This document shows positions 19,070 to 25,833 of a stretch of DNA of 28,335 nucleotides, in pieces (positions within the stretch are counted from its first letter, which is position 1; each line of letters starts with the position of its first letter). Made by a program: the position numbers and the translations under genes. This DNA is from a virus (lineage: Duplodnaviria > Caudoviricetes): the IMG/VR virus record IMGVR_UViG_3300017774_002751, positions 1-28,335 of that record, one strand, 5' to 3'. A model generated the notes under the pieces. That model saw only the letters and a program-made list of their open reading frames with translations, had not been told where the DNA came from and searched no databases.

Positions 19070-19303
19070 TTAAGAGCCTAGCATGGAGCGGAGGAAGCCC
19101 TGACCACCACGGCGACCAGAAATAAGTGAGCGCATACCAGAGCCACGAAAACGAGAAAGCTCAGATTCGAGTCGGCTCTCTTTGGCTTCAGAAAGAGCGC
19201 GGCGGCGTTCAGCAGCCATAGATTCGCGCTGAATCTTAGCATCCTGTTCCATTGCCCTTTCTTCAGCAGTCGGAACTGGAGGCTTGGGGGTTTTCATGCA
19301 CAT
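19070..19303 (-). CDS. Small virion protein (T7 gp6.7/7.3-like position)
   Basis: Start revised to ATG 19303 (AAGGAG RBS): MCMKTPKPPVP...G.RSL.SG..G.G; immediately upstream of the portal. Confidence 0.65.
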   Translation of the reverse strand: MCMKTPKPPVPTAEERAMEQDAKIQRESMAAERRRALSEAKESRLESELSRFRGSGMRSLISGRRGGQGFLRSMLGS

Positions 19304-19350
19304 ACCAGAAGCTCCTTGCCATCCTATTGGGTAAACTGATCGCAATATAG

Positions 19351-19360
19351 CAATGGACTA
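19351..19360 (-). promoter_or_regulatory. TAGTCCATTG motif, copy 3, upstream of the portal block
   Basis: Exact 10-mer whose TAG is the terL stop; 48 nt upstream of ATG 19303. Confidence 0.7.
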
Positions 19361-20866
19361 AAAAACGGATCGACGTACCGAAGGCTGCCTACGGAACACA
19401 TCGAACATTGCTCGAGCCACTACAGGCTTGGTATCGCCCCTACCAACGGTCAGTGTTCGAGATTCGCCACCCCCACACAGGGCATATTGCAGCGCGTCAT
19501 GGATGTGACTGTATTTGTTTTTGTCAGGCTTGTCCTCATAGCGATTGCCGCCAGAAACTTGAAGGCGTCGATACTGGTAGCCACCACGGAAACCCTTGAT
19601 AAGATTGACGCATCTCTGGTCGATCATGAATCCAGGCTGACCATCAACCATGCGATTCAGGGGGTTACTTACTGCTTCGATTCGAAGAGACGGATCGTTT
19701 GTTGGGGCAATGTAGGCCTTGAGTCCAGCTTGCCTTAGAATCTGGAACGGTGTGCGTTCGTCAGTCTGAGCTCGATAGTCGCCAGCAGGGTCGCCATAGA
19801 TTACGAACTGAGCGCCGGGGAATCGCTGCGCCATCTCTATGCGGAGTATCTCGGCAAAGCGAACAATGCCCATGTCTTGGGCAACCAACTCATGCAGCAC
19901 AAACCAACGCCCTCGGACGTTCTGGCAAAAGGCGGCAGCGGGCGTAAGACCAAAGTCGAGGCCTATGATGATAGGCACACCCGGCGTTGAAAGGATTGGC
20001 TCCTTGGATACATGGGCAACCTCATCAAACATCTGATAGATTGCCTTGCCATCGGTCAGGCTGCCCAGCCTATTCAAGACGTAGACATCAATCCAGCTTT
20101 TGGTTTTGCCGGTAATGATTGAAGGATAATAGTTGGGCGTAAGATTTTTAAGATTCTCTGCCTTCGGATTCAGCTGATAGTCAGTGACCACGCCTTCGTG
20201 ATCCACGTTAGCAACCATACCACCGGGCTGCGTAAAGAACGCCCAGGTATCCGGCTTGATAAGCATGAGGGATTCTTCCCTACCAATATGGTCAGGGATG
20301 GGAGCCTCGCCCGCCATGATTGGCCACCAGTGATCTTCGTCAGGCGCGTTTGTATCGGCAATGACGCCATACCACGTAGGCCCGCCATCCTTCATCGAGG
20401 GAAAGCGGCCAACGCGCATGGTGCAGGCATCAACAATCTGCTTGGGAACCTCGCGCGCCTCATTGATCCACACGCCGGTAAGCTCGAGCGAGAGCAACTT
20501 CTTTACATCTTCTGGCCTATCGAGAGCCAAGAAGATAACCTCCATATCAAGATCGCCCTTCTTGATATGATGGGTATAGGGTGGCGGATGCCACAGCATC
20601 TTGCCCCAAATGTTTTCCGGGAACCAATCCAGCCAAGTCTTAATCGTTGTGGTTCGCAGCTGCGGATTGGTGTTACGCACCACAGCCCACCTTGTGCGGC
20701 GGATACCCTGCTCGTTAGGTTCTTGAGCAAGAGCGCGGCGGAACATTTCAATAGCGCAGCAGGCAGACTTGCCACTTCCTACCGGACCACGCAGGCCACG
20801 GAAAAAATGGTCGTCCTTCATAAAAGCCTTGAGTGTATCACCACCCGGCTTGTATTTGAGACTCAC
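19358..20866 (-). CDS. terL: Terminase large subunit
   Basis: Walker A GPVGSGKS, Walker B GVWINEARE, DTN motif, and nuclease motifs IGLDFG, GDPAG and HIHDALQY. Confidence 0.95.
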   Translation of the reverse strand: MSLKYKPGGDTLKAFMKDDHFFRGLRGPVGSGKSACCAIEMFRRALAQEPNEQGIRRTRWAVVRNTNPQLRTTTIKTWLDWFPENIWGKMLWHPPPYTHHIKKGDLDMEVIFLALDRPEDVKKLLSLELTGVWINEAREVPKQIVDACTMRVGRFPSMKDGGPTWYGVIADTNAPDEDHWWPIMAGEAPIPDHIGREESLMLIKPDTWAFFTQPGGMVANVDHEGVVTDYQLNPKAENLKNLTPNYYPSIITGKTKSWIDVYVLNRLGSLTDGKAIYQMFDEVAHVSKEPILSTPGVPIIIGLDFGLTPAAAFCQNVRGRWFVLHELVAQDMGIVRFAEILRIEMAQRFPGAQFVIYGDPAGDYRAQTDERTPFQILRQAGLKAYIAPTNDPSLRIEAVSNPLNRMVDGQPGFMIDQRCVNLIKGFRGGYQYRRLQVSGGNRYEDKPDKNKYSHIHDALQYALCGGGESRTLTVGRGDTKPVVARAMFDVFRRQPSVRRSVF

Positions 20867-21054
20867 GCAACAAGCCCTTTGTCCAAGGCTGCCTTGACAA
20901 TGTTGCCAGCAACCTCGGGCCCCCAGGCGTCGATCAACTTATCACACTCGTAGTTATCCAGCATGTGCTGCGGATAGTGCGAGAGATGCACCTTGCGGAC
21001 AATCGCGCGAAGGCGAATGCGATCCGCAATAGTCAGTTCCCCTGTGAACGCCAT
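20863..21054 (-). CDS. Hypothetical protein coupled to terL
   Basis: 63 aa; stop overlaps the terL GTG start (GTGA). Confidence 0.7.
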   Translation of the reverse strand: MAFTGELTIADRIRLRAIVRKVHLSHYPQHMLDNYECDKLIDAWGPEVAGNIVKAALDKGLVA

Positions 21055-21071
21055 AACTTATGCCTGATCGA

Positions 21072-22364
21072 TCATGATGAAGATGAAAGCGCCTGCAACT
21101 CTGCGTTAGTCAGACGGACAGGGTAGTAAGTGATAGTGCGGATATGACCATTGAGGTTTTGAATAGATGCGTGGGACGTTCCAATGTTCATTTGTGAAAC
21201 AGTAGGCAGCAACCCAGCGTCGTCTGGCGTTTGAAGCACACCTCTAGTAGCTTGTGCAAAATTGTTTAGAGCGTAGGCAAACGCTGTTGTTCCTGACGGG
21301 CCGCCTGAAAGAGTGCCGCTGTTAAAAGATACTAGTTCAGAGCCACTTACCGTAACAATACCAAGCGCGTTAGTGGACGAAAAATAACCATAGATACGGT
21401 TTGCCGCCGAATTGTTGTTTATGTTAACAACACCATTTGCCGCAGCAGTTGAAAATGTATCTGCATTCCAGACAATCGTGCCTTCGGTTTGATTGTACCA
21501 AGACGAAAAGTTCGTACCAGTCATTACCGCCGCATCGGCTACGCGGGTAACTTGTGCTGTTGTAGTAGGAATAACGCTAGTAGCAAACGCGCCCAGTTCT
21601 ATCTGCGATAGGCCAATGCGGAGAGTAATATCAAATGGCACCGAAATTGTTGTAGAAATACGCAGGCGTGGCTGCACGTTGGTCGTCGAGGCATTGGCAA
21701 GCGTTGCCGTAAGAAACAGCCGAGATGCCACAAGATTTGCAGGAGTGCTTGTGATGTTTGTACTTCCAAAACTTTCGAGTCCACTTGTGCCGTCAGTACC
21801 CAATATGCTTAAGGTTGTTTGCGTTCCAGCAAACGAACCAGCTTGCAATGTTACATAGAGACTCTGAGTCCACGTTTGACCGCTTGCTGCTGTAATAAAA
21901 TTTGCCGCTTCAAATGCAATATTTATTGGAATGGCTAAGGTTGGAGTTCCAGAGTATCTTATGTCGATGTAGGGGACGCCATCTTCCGTTCCCGTGCCGA
22001 TAATCTCTCGCGTTATGCCAGAAGCCGTAGTGGCCGCTGTCCAATTTGTAGGCAAAGTTCCTGGGTTGCCCGATACCGATCCAATCCCAGTGCTGTTACG
22101 GATGCTGTTAGTCCGCTGCGACTCAATCAGCAGGCCAAGCGGGGCCCGCGTGATAGGATCATGGTCGAAGCGCGGAGTATTAATCGCTGCCGTCTCAAGC
22201 ACCCCACTGCTATTCACAAACGTGGCAAGCCCTGGACCAGCGCGGGTAAACGTGATGCGGCTATCCAGCGGCGCACCAAGTAAAAAATCCAAATGGAGCG
22301 ATCCAGGCCCAGTGGTATTGTTAGTATACCTCTGAGGTAACAGAATGCCTCCACCAAAAGTCAT
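21072..22364 (-). CDS. Head spike fibre (RcGTA Rcc01080-like arrangement) with a C-terminal ConA/LamG-like domain
   Basis: ITFTRA, PRFDHDP...GLLIE.QRTN, QIELGAFATS.IPT...VTR.AD and LNGHIR.I.YYP.RL motifs; coupled (TAATG) to the spike-base gene. Confidence 0.75.
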   Translation of the reverse strand: MTFGGGILLPQRYTNNTTGPGSLHLDFLLGAPLDSRITFTRAGPGLATFVNSSGVLETAAINTPRFDHDPITRAPLGLLIESQRTNSIRNSTGIGSVSGNPGTLPTNWTAATTASGITREIIGTGTEDGVPYIDIRYSGTPTLAIPINIAFEAANFITAASGQTWTQSLYVTLQAGSFAGTQTTLSILGTDGTSGLESFGSTNITSTPANLVASRLFLTATLANASTTNVQPRLRISTTISVPFDITLRIGLSQIELGAFATSVIPTTTAQVTRVADAAVMTGTNFSSWYNQTEGTIVWNADTFSTAAANGVVNINNNSAANRIYGYFSSTNALGIVTVSGSELVSFNSGTLSGGPSGTTAFAYALNNFAQATRGVLQTPDDAGLLPTVSQMNIGTSHASIQNLNGHIRTITYYPVRLTNAELQALSSSS

Positions 22365-22603
22365 TAGGACAGCGCCACAATGTTAGTAGCAGTGCTGGCA
22401 GCCTTCACGCGAGTTGCCTTAATCCAAAGGGTGGTACCACTCGGCACGTTGGCAAACGTCACGTTGGTGTCAGCAATCGTGTCGATCACCACGCTACCAG
22501 TAGTACCAACATAGAGAGCAACGCAGTTAATCAACGTCGAATCAGACGGCGTGACTGCAACAGCACCCTGAGGCACCCAAGCTTCGTTATAGCTAATCGA
22601 CAT
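22364..22603 (-). CDS. Head spike base protein (RcGTA Rcc01079-like)
   Basis: 79 aa with AVTPSDST, ALYVGTTG.V, VTF..VP.G..L and RV.A..TAT.IVAL. Confidence 0.8.
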   Translation of the reverse strand: MSISYNEAWVPQGAVAVTPSDSTLINCVALYVGTTGSVVIDTIADTNVTFANVPSGTTLWIKATRVKAASTATNIVALS

Positions 22604-22648
22604 GATAATCTCCTTATCGCACCGCTACACCTCGCGCAAAGCTAGTCT

Positions 22649-22658
22649 CAATGGACTA
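22649..22658 (-). promoter_or_regulatory. TAGTCCATTG motif, copy 4, upstream of the head-spike/terL block
   Basis: Exact 10-mer whose TAG is the upstream stop; 46 nt upstream of ATG 22603. Confidence 0.7.
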
Positions 22659-22973
22659 GTCCTTCTTGCGCTCCTTGGCGGCCTTGTATCGGGCCAGCAG
22701 TGATCTGCCCTTGGCCACCGCACTTGCCTTGTCACCGCTATGCCCCCAGGCCACCAGAGACAGCTTTAATCGGGTAGGCCTACCCTTCTCATCCTTGAGC
22801 GGGCCAGCACCACTACCCATGCGAACAAGGAAGCTACCTTTGCGCCGCATCTTCTCGGGCGTATCGGCAGCACCCTTGACCGGGGCCTTCAGGTTCGCAC
22901 CCGTAGTGCGCTTGAAGAAGGAGCGGCCAGCAGCGGTCAGGCCGCCAGCAGGGTTCTTATGTTCCTTCCTCAT
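22656..22973 (-). CDS. Small basic protein (DUF6321-like)
   Basis: HKNP.GGLTAAGR..F....GANLKAPV, RR.SF..RM, G.PTRL.L.L.AWG. Confidence 0.7.
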   Translation of the reverse strand: MRKEHKNPAGGLTAAGRSFFKRTTGANLKAPVKGAADTPEKMRRKGSFLVRMGSGAGPLKDEKGRPTRLKLSLVAWGHSGDKASAVAKGRSLLARYKAAKERKKD

Positions 22974-23215
22974 CGGAACTTCCTTGTCTTTTTGGCTACC
23001 GAGGCAGGCTGCTTAACGAACTGCTTGCCAGCCTTCGATCCCTCGCGCTTGGCCTTTGTCGTCGCCGCATACTCACTGGCAGACAATGCCTTGATCGCCT
23101 TGGCAGGAAGGTAACGCTCACCAGTAGCATCCTTCCCTTGAGTCGAAGGCTTGCCAGACTTGGTGCGCCAATCTTCCTTGGTCCACTTGGCCAGTGACTT
23201 CTGGGGCTTCTTCAT
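22970..23215 (-). CDS. Small basic protein (DUF5872-like, C-terminal half)
   Basis: QKSL.KWTKEDWRTKSGKPS...TGERYLP..A...LS..EYAAT..AKR.G...GKQFV.QP. Confidence 0.75.
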   Translation of the reverse strand: MKKPQKSLAKWTKEDWRTKSGKPSTQGKDATGERYLPAKAIKALSASEYAATTKAKREGSKAGKQFVKQPASVAKKTRKFR

Positions 23216-23397
23216 CAGTCTCGATAGCCCCCGCCCTTAGCCTTGTAGTCCTTGGCCAGCATCTGTGCCTTACGAGCACTCCACTGACCGGGCTTCCCTC
23301 CCTTGCCTCCAGCCTTGATCGCTTCGAACAAAGACTTTCGCATTCCAGGCTTGGTGTAGTTACCAGCCTCGTTCACACGAGAGGGAGCCTTGGCCAC
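23215..23397 (-). CDS. Small basic protein (DUF5872-like, N-terminal half)
   Basis: NYTKP.MRK.LF..IKAG.KGG.PGQWSARKAQ.LA..YK.KGGGY; GTG start. Confidence 0.75.
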   Translation of the reverse strand: MAKAPSRVNEAGNYTKPGMRKSLFEAIKAGGKGGKPGQWSARKAQMLAKDYKAKGGGYRD

Positions 23398-23398
23398 C

Positions 23399-23536
23399 TT
23401 ACTTCTTGCCCTTAGCCATCGGCTTGGCAGCAGCCTTTGTCATCTTCATCGGCTTACCAGTCTTGGCAGCTTCCTTCTTGGCAGCAGCCATACCAGCACC
23501 ACCATAACCAAACATCTTACCACCAACCTTAGGCAT
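23399..23536 (-). CDS. 45-aa Lys/Ala-rich basic peptide
   Basis: Not in the ORF track. GAGGAG RBS then MPKVGGKMFGYGGAGMAAAKKEAAKTGKPMKMTKAAAKPMAKGKK*, ending 1 nt before the next start. Confidence 0.8.
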   Translation of the reverse strand: MPKVGGKMFGYGGAGMAAAKKEAAKTGKPMKMTKAAAKPMAKGKK

Positions 23537-23549
23537 CACAGTCTCCTCT

Positions 23550-23680
23550 CACCAAAAACAACATCGAAAGATTCAGAGGGGAAAAAAATATCAGAGCAGG
23601 TGCTCGAAGGTTTTCGGGGAAAAATACATACCGAGGACCACTTGCCATACCACCAGCCCCGTTTTTGGACCCCCACCCCC
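23550..23680. other. Candidate packaging-initiation (pac)/terminus region
   Basis: Probably non-coding gap right after terS with ACCCCCACCCCC (23669-80) and a direct repeat GGGGA5-7TA (23578-90, 23616-26). Confidence 0.35.
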
Positions 23681-24073
23681 TCAACTAAGGTCAATTTGCA
23701 CCGAGATCTCGCCGGAAACACGATGGTCTACGCGGTCAGGAGCCCTCAAGCCCGCACGATTGAGCAAATCTACAGCCGCTTCAAGGCGAACCTTGTCACT
23801 ACGTGAGCTTTCTGCCAGCCGCTCAACTACATCCAATGCCCTTGGAGCGACCACTGCTACACGACCCATGGTCCGCCTGTATATCTCGGACAACACTTTG
23901 TCTTGCTTGAGCAATCTCGAACCCAGTGTTCGTGCAGAGTCCTGCGAGTAACCCGCCTCAATTGCAGCTGCTTCTATACGCCCACCATTGGTCACATACG
24001 CATCGACAAACCTGTCCTGGAGGTCTGTCAGCGGACCGTTGGGTGTTTCAGCAACGTAAGGCACATTACCCAT
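23681..24073 (-). CDS. terS: Terminase small subunit
   Basis: LT..Q.RFV.AY..NGG....AAIEAGYS..SA...GSRLL HTH motif. Start revised to ATG 24073 because GTG 24136 lies inside the predicted promoter. Confidence 0.88.
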   Translation of the reverse strand: MGNVPYVAETPNGPLTDLQDRFVDAYVTNGGRIEAAAIEAGYSQDSARTLGSRLLKQDKVLSEIYRRTMGRVAVVAPRALDVVERLAESSRSDKVRLEAAVDLLNRAGLRAPDRVDHRVSGEISVQIDLS

Positions 24074-24114
24074 GGGAGTTCTCTTGTGATTGTTACTGCT
24101 GCGCGCGCGACCCT

Positions 24115-24150
24115 TATGTGACCCCTTCCAAAACACCTGTCAATGCACGA
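24115..24150 (-). promoter_or_regulatory. Putative terS promoter: TCGTGCATTGACA-N17-CACATA (degenerate TAGTCCATTG box overlapping a perfect -35)
   Basis: TTGACA at 24143-24138 with 17-nt spacer; 8/10 match to the repeated late motif. Confidence 0.55.
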
Positions 24151-24186
24151 AACTGATAGTGACACGCGCCACTCAAAGGGAGAGGG

Positions 24187-24471
24187 CTATGCGCCCTCTT
24201 CCTCCAGTTGCCATATCAGCATGGAAGACGCTTCGGCATAATCTCCCGGAGTCATTCCCCGAACATTCTCGTCAAGTTCCGCTCTTGTGTTTTTGCGATT
24301 GGCTGCGATCTCCTTCTTGATCCGAGGGATTTGGCGAGCGCACCATGCTGGGTCCCGAATCTCATTCGCAGAGAAATGCAGCTGCCACCAATCACCCAGC
24401 TCATCGATCAGCTCTTCCTTTGCAGCCTGCCGGACGTGTTGATTGCGAAGGCTGATGTAATAGATGTTCAT
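24187..24471 (-). CDS. Hypothetical protein (94 aa)
   Basis: Start revised to ATG 24471 (GGAG RBS; MNIYYISLRNQ...). The upstream extension crosses the structured non-coding DNA. Confidence 0.65.
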   Translation of the reverse strand: MNIYYISLRNQHVRQAAKEELIDELGDWWQLHFSANEIRDPAWCARQIPRIKKEIAANRKNTRAELDENVRGMTPGDYAEASSMLIWQLEEEGA

Positions 24472-24493
24472 GACCAATCTCCATGCTACCCGT

Positions 24494-24733
24494 GCGCTAA
24501 TCACACGGTGGCGTCGGGTTTCACAGCCGCAGCCCTGTGTCAGGGATGTCGCAAGGCGACACCGCAACGCGGTTTCCTTGACGCAGGGACCGGATGTGAC
24601 ACCCTTAGACGTCCCGAGTGATGCGCCAGTGAGGCCGAGAGCATGATGCCGCAAAGCGAATAGCATCATGCTTCGACAGGCCGAACAACTCGTATCGCAG
24701 TGATCCTGATAAACGTCGGTTTCCAAGACTGAC
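24494..24733 (+). other. Left fold-back element (multi-hairpin; G-T wobbles on the + strand)
   Basis: 14-bp stem 24533-46/24575-88 closing two triloop hairpins, an extended lower stem, and further hairpins at 24618-24698 and 24715-24733. Confidence 0.75.
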
Positions 24734-24761
24734 AATCAACACAGATATAGAACAGACAGGC

Positions 24762-25025
24762 TGGTGCAGACCGCCTTGAACATGGGCAACCATTGTTTGC
24801 TGGCAGTTCCATGTGCCCACAGGAACCGCACCGGCAGCACCCTTCTTGCACGGGTTCGGAACCTGTCTCAAGGGAACCCCCTTCGGGGGTGCCGCCAAGG
24901 CGTCACCCTTGAGCCAGAACCACGAACGCCCTGCTACGGGGTGCTACGCCGGGGGCGGTCCCCGGTGGTCACACGGAGAACTACCATGACTTCAGTTGCT
25001 GCCATGTCCAAGGCGATCAACACCA
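24762..25025 (-). other. Right fold-back element (about 260-nt imperfect inverted repeat; G-T wobbles on the - strand)
   Basis: About ten nested helices from CTCAAGGG/CCCTTGAG out to TGGTG/CACCA, with a branched apex. Confidence 0.8.
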
Positions 25026-25489
25026 TTGCGGAGTTTATGACTGAGATTGAAGAGTATCAGACGAAGGAAGGACAAATCGTTCGTCGTAACAAGCTCGGTT
25101 ACGCACAGAAGCGCATCCTCAACGGCATCTGCTACGCCGCCGCAATGACGCTTCAGACCAGCAAGACCAGCCACGATGAGGCTGTTGCCAAGGTTCGCCT
25201 GGCAGCCAAGTCGCACCGGGGTGACGAGCTTTCCGAGGTTCAGTTGACCCGCGCAATCGAGTGGGCCCAGCGGATCGAGACGCAGATCGCCCACCTCGAG
25301 CAAGTGCTTGAAGCTGCAACATACCGCTACGAGCAACACACTGACGAACGCTTCGTCACTCCGACCATCAAGCCTCAGGCAGAACGTCGGTTTCAGAGCG
25401 CGGCACTCGATGCTGCCAAGCGCTACGGCATCGACGGTGAGATGACACGCGGTGGCGGTGTTGAGGTGGCTTCGGAGGAGGCCGCCTGA
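24986..25489 (+). CDS. First early gene, hypothetical helical/coiled-coil protein (167 aa)
   Basis: Start revised to ATG 24986 (GGAGA RBS); followed by a strong terminator. Confidence 0.8.
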   Translation: MTSVAAMSKAINTIAEFMTEIEEYQTKEGQIVRRNKLGYAQKRILNGICYAAAMTLQTSKTSHDEAVAKVRLAAKSHRGDELSEVQLTRAIEWAQRIETQIAHLEQVLEAATYRYEQHTDERFVTPTIKPQAERRFQSAALDAAKRYGIDGEMTRGGGVEVASEEAA

Positions 25490-25496
25490 CACCCAC

Positions 25497-25525
25497 GGGG
25501 AGGGCTTCGGCTCTCCCCTTTTTTT
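25497..25525 (+). terminator. Rho-independent terminator
   Basis: GGGGAGGGC-TTCG-GCTCTCCCC followed by T7. Confidence 0.92.
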
Positions 25526-25542
25526 GCACCAGGAGAAACATC

Positions 25543-25794
25543 ATGACTCAACTATTGTCTCTTAACCATCAGATGAAACTCAACGCTTCATTAGCAGCAA
25601 GCGACCACGCTTTAGTCACTGCTCGTGCCAAGCACCGTCGCGTCGTTGATACCACTGTCGATCTGTTACGTGACGCACTCGATGCGCTTGAAGCCGATGA
25701 TCAAACTGAATTCTCTGGATACATTCGTCAGTGCATCGAGTCTGCCATAAGCAACTTAGCAAAGTCCAAGCCAGAACCTGGAGCCTGGACATAA
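25543..25794 (+). CDS. Hypothetical early protein (83 aa)
   Basis: AGGAG RBS and ATG. Confidence 0.75.
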   Translation: MTQLLSLNHQMKLNASLAASDHALVTARAKHRRVVDTTVDLLRDALDALEADDQTEFSGYIRQCIESAISNLAKSKPEPGAWT

Positions 25795-25833
25795 CTCGCC
25801 GCCCCGCCTGCGGCGCTCTGAGGAGAAAACATC

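Noticed and set aside
23536-23721. 61-aa minus-strand ORF spanning the gap after terS
   Set aside because: Overlaps terS, lacks an RBS and runs through homopolymer tracts; more likely non-coding, though not excluded.
1-24136. Numerous plus-strand ORFs of 60-250 aa opposite the structural genes
   Set aside because: Antisense shadows of well-supported minus-strand genes, with no recognisable motifs or RBS.
24626-24686. Hammerhead-like string CCAGTGA-GGCC...GGCC-GAAC
   Set aside because: The catalytic core needs CUGANGA and GAAA; here the U, G and A core positions and the last A differ, and stems I/III with a cleavage triplet are not evident.
24852-24863. GGGTTCGGAACC resembling a tRNA T-arm
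   Set aside because: No D-arm, anticodon arm or acceptor stem; the segment is explained by the long fold-back.
24472-24985. ORF-track ORFs and N-terminal extensions crossing the divergent gap (24187..24735, 24764..25489, 24605..24898, 24666..24851)
   Set aside because: No RBS at those starts and Cys/Arg/Pro-rich non-protein-like translations; good RBS-ATG pairs exist at 24471 and 24986.
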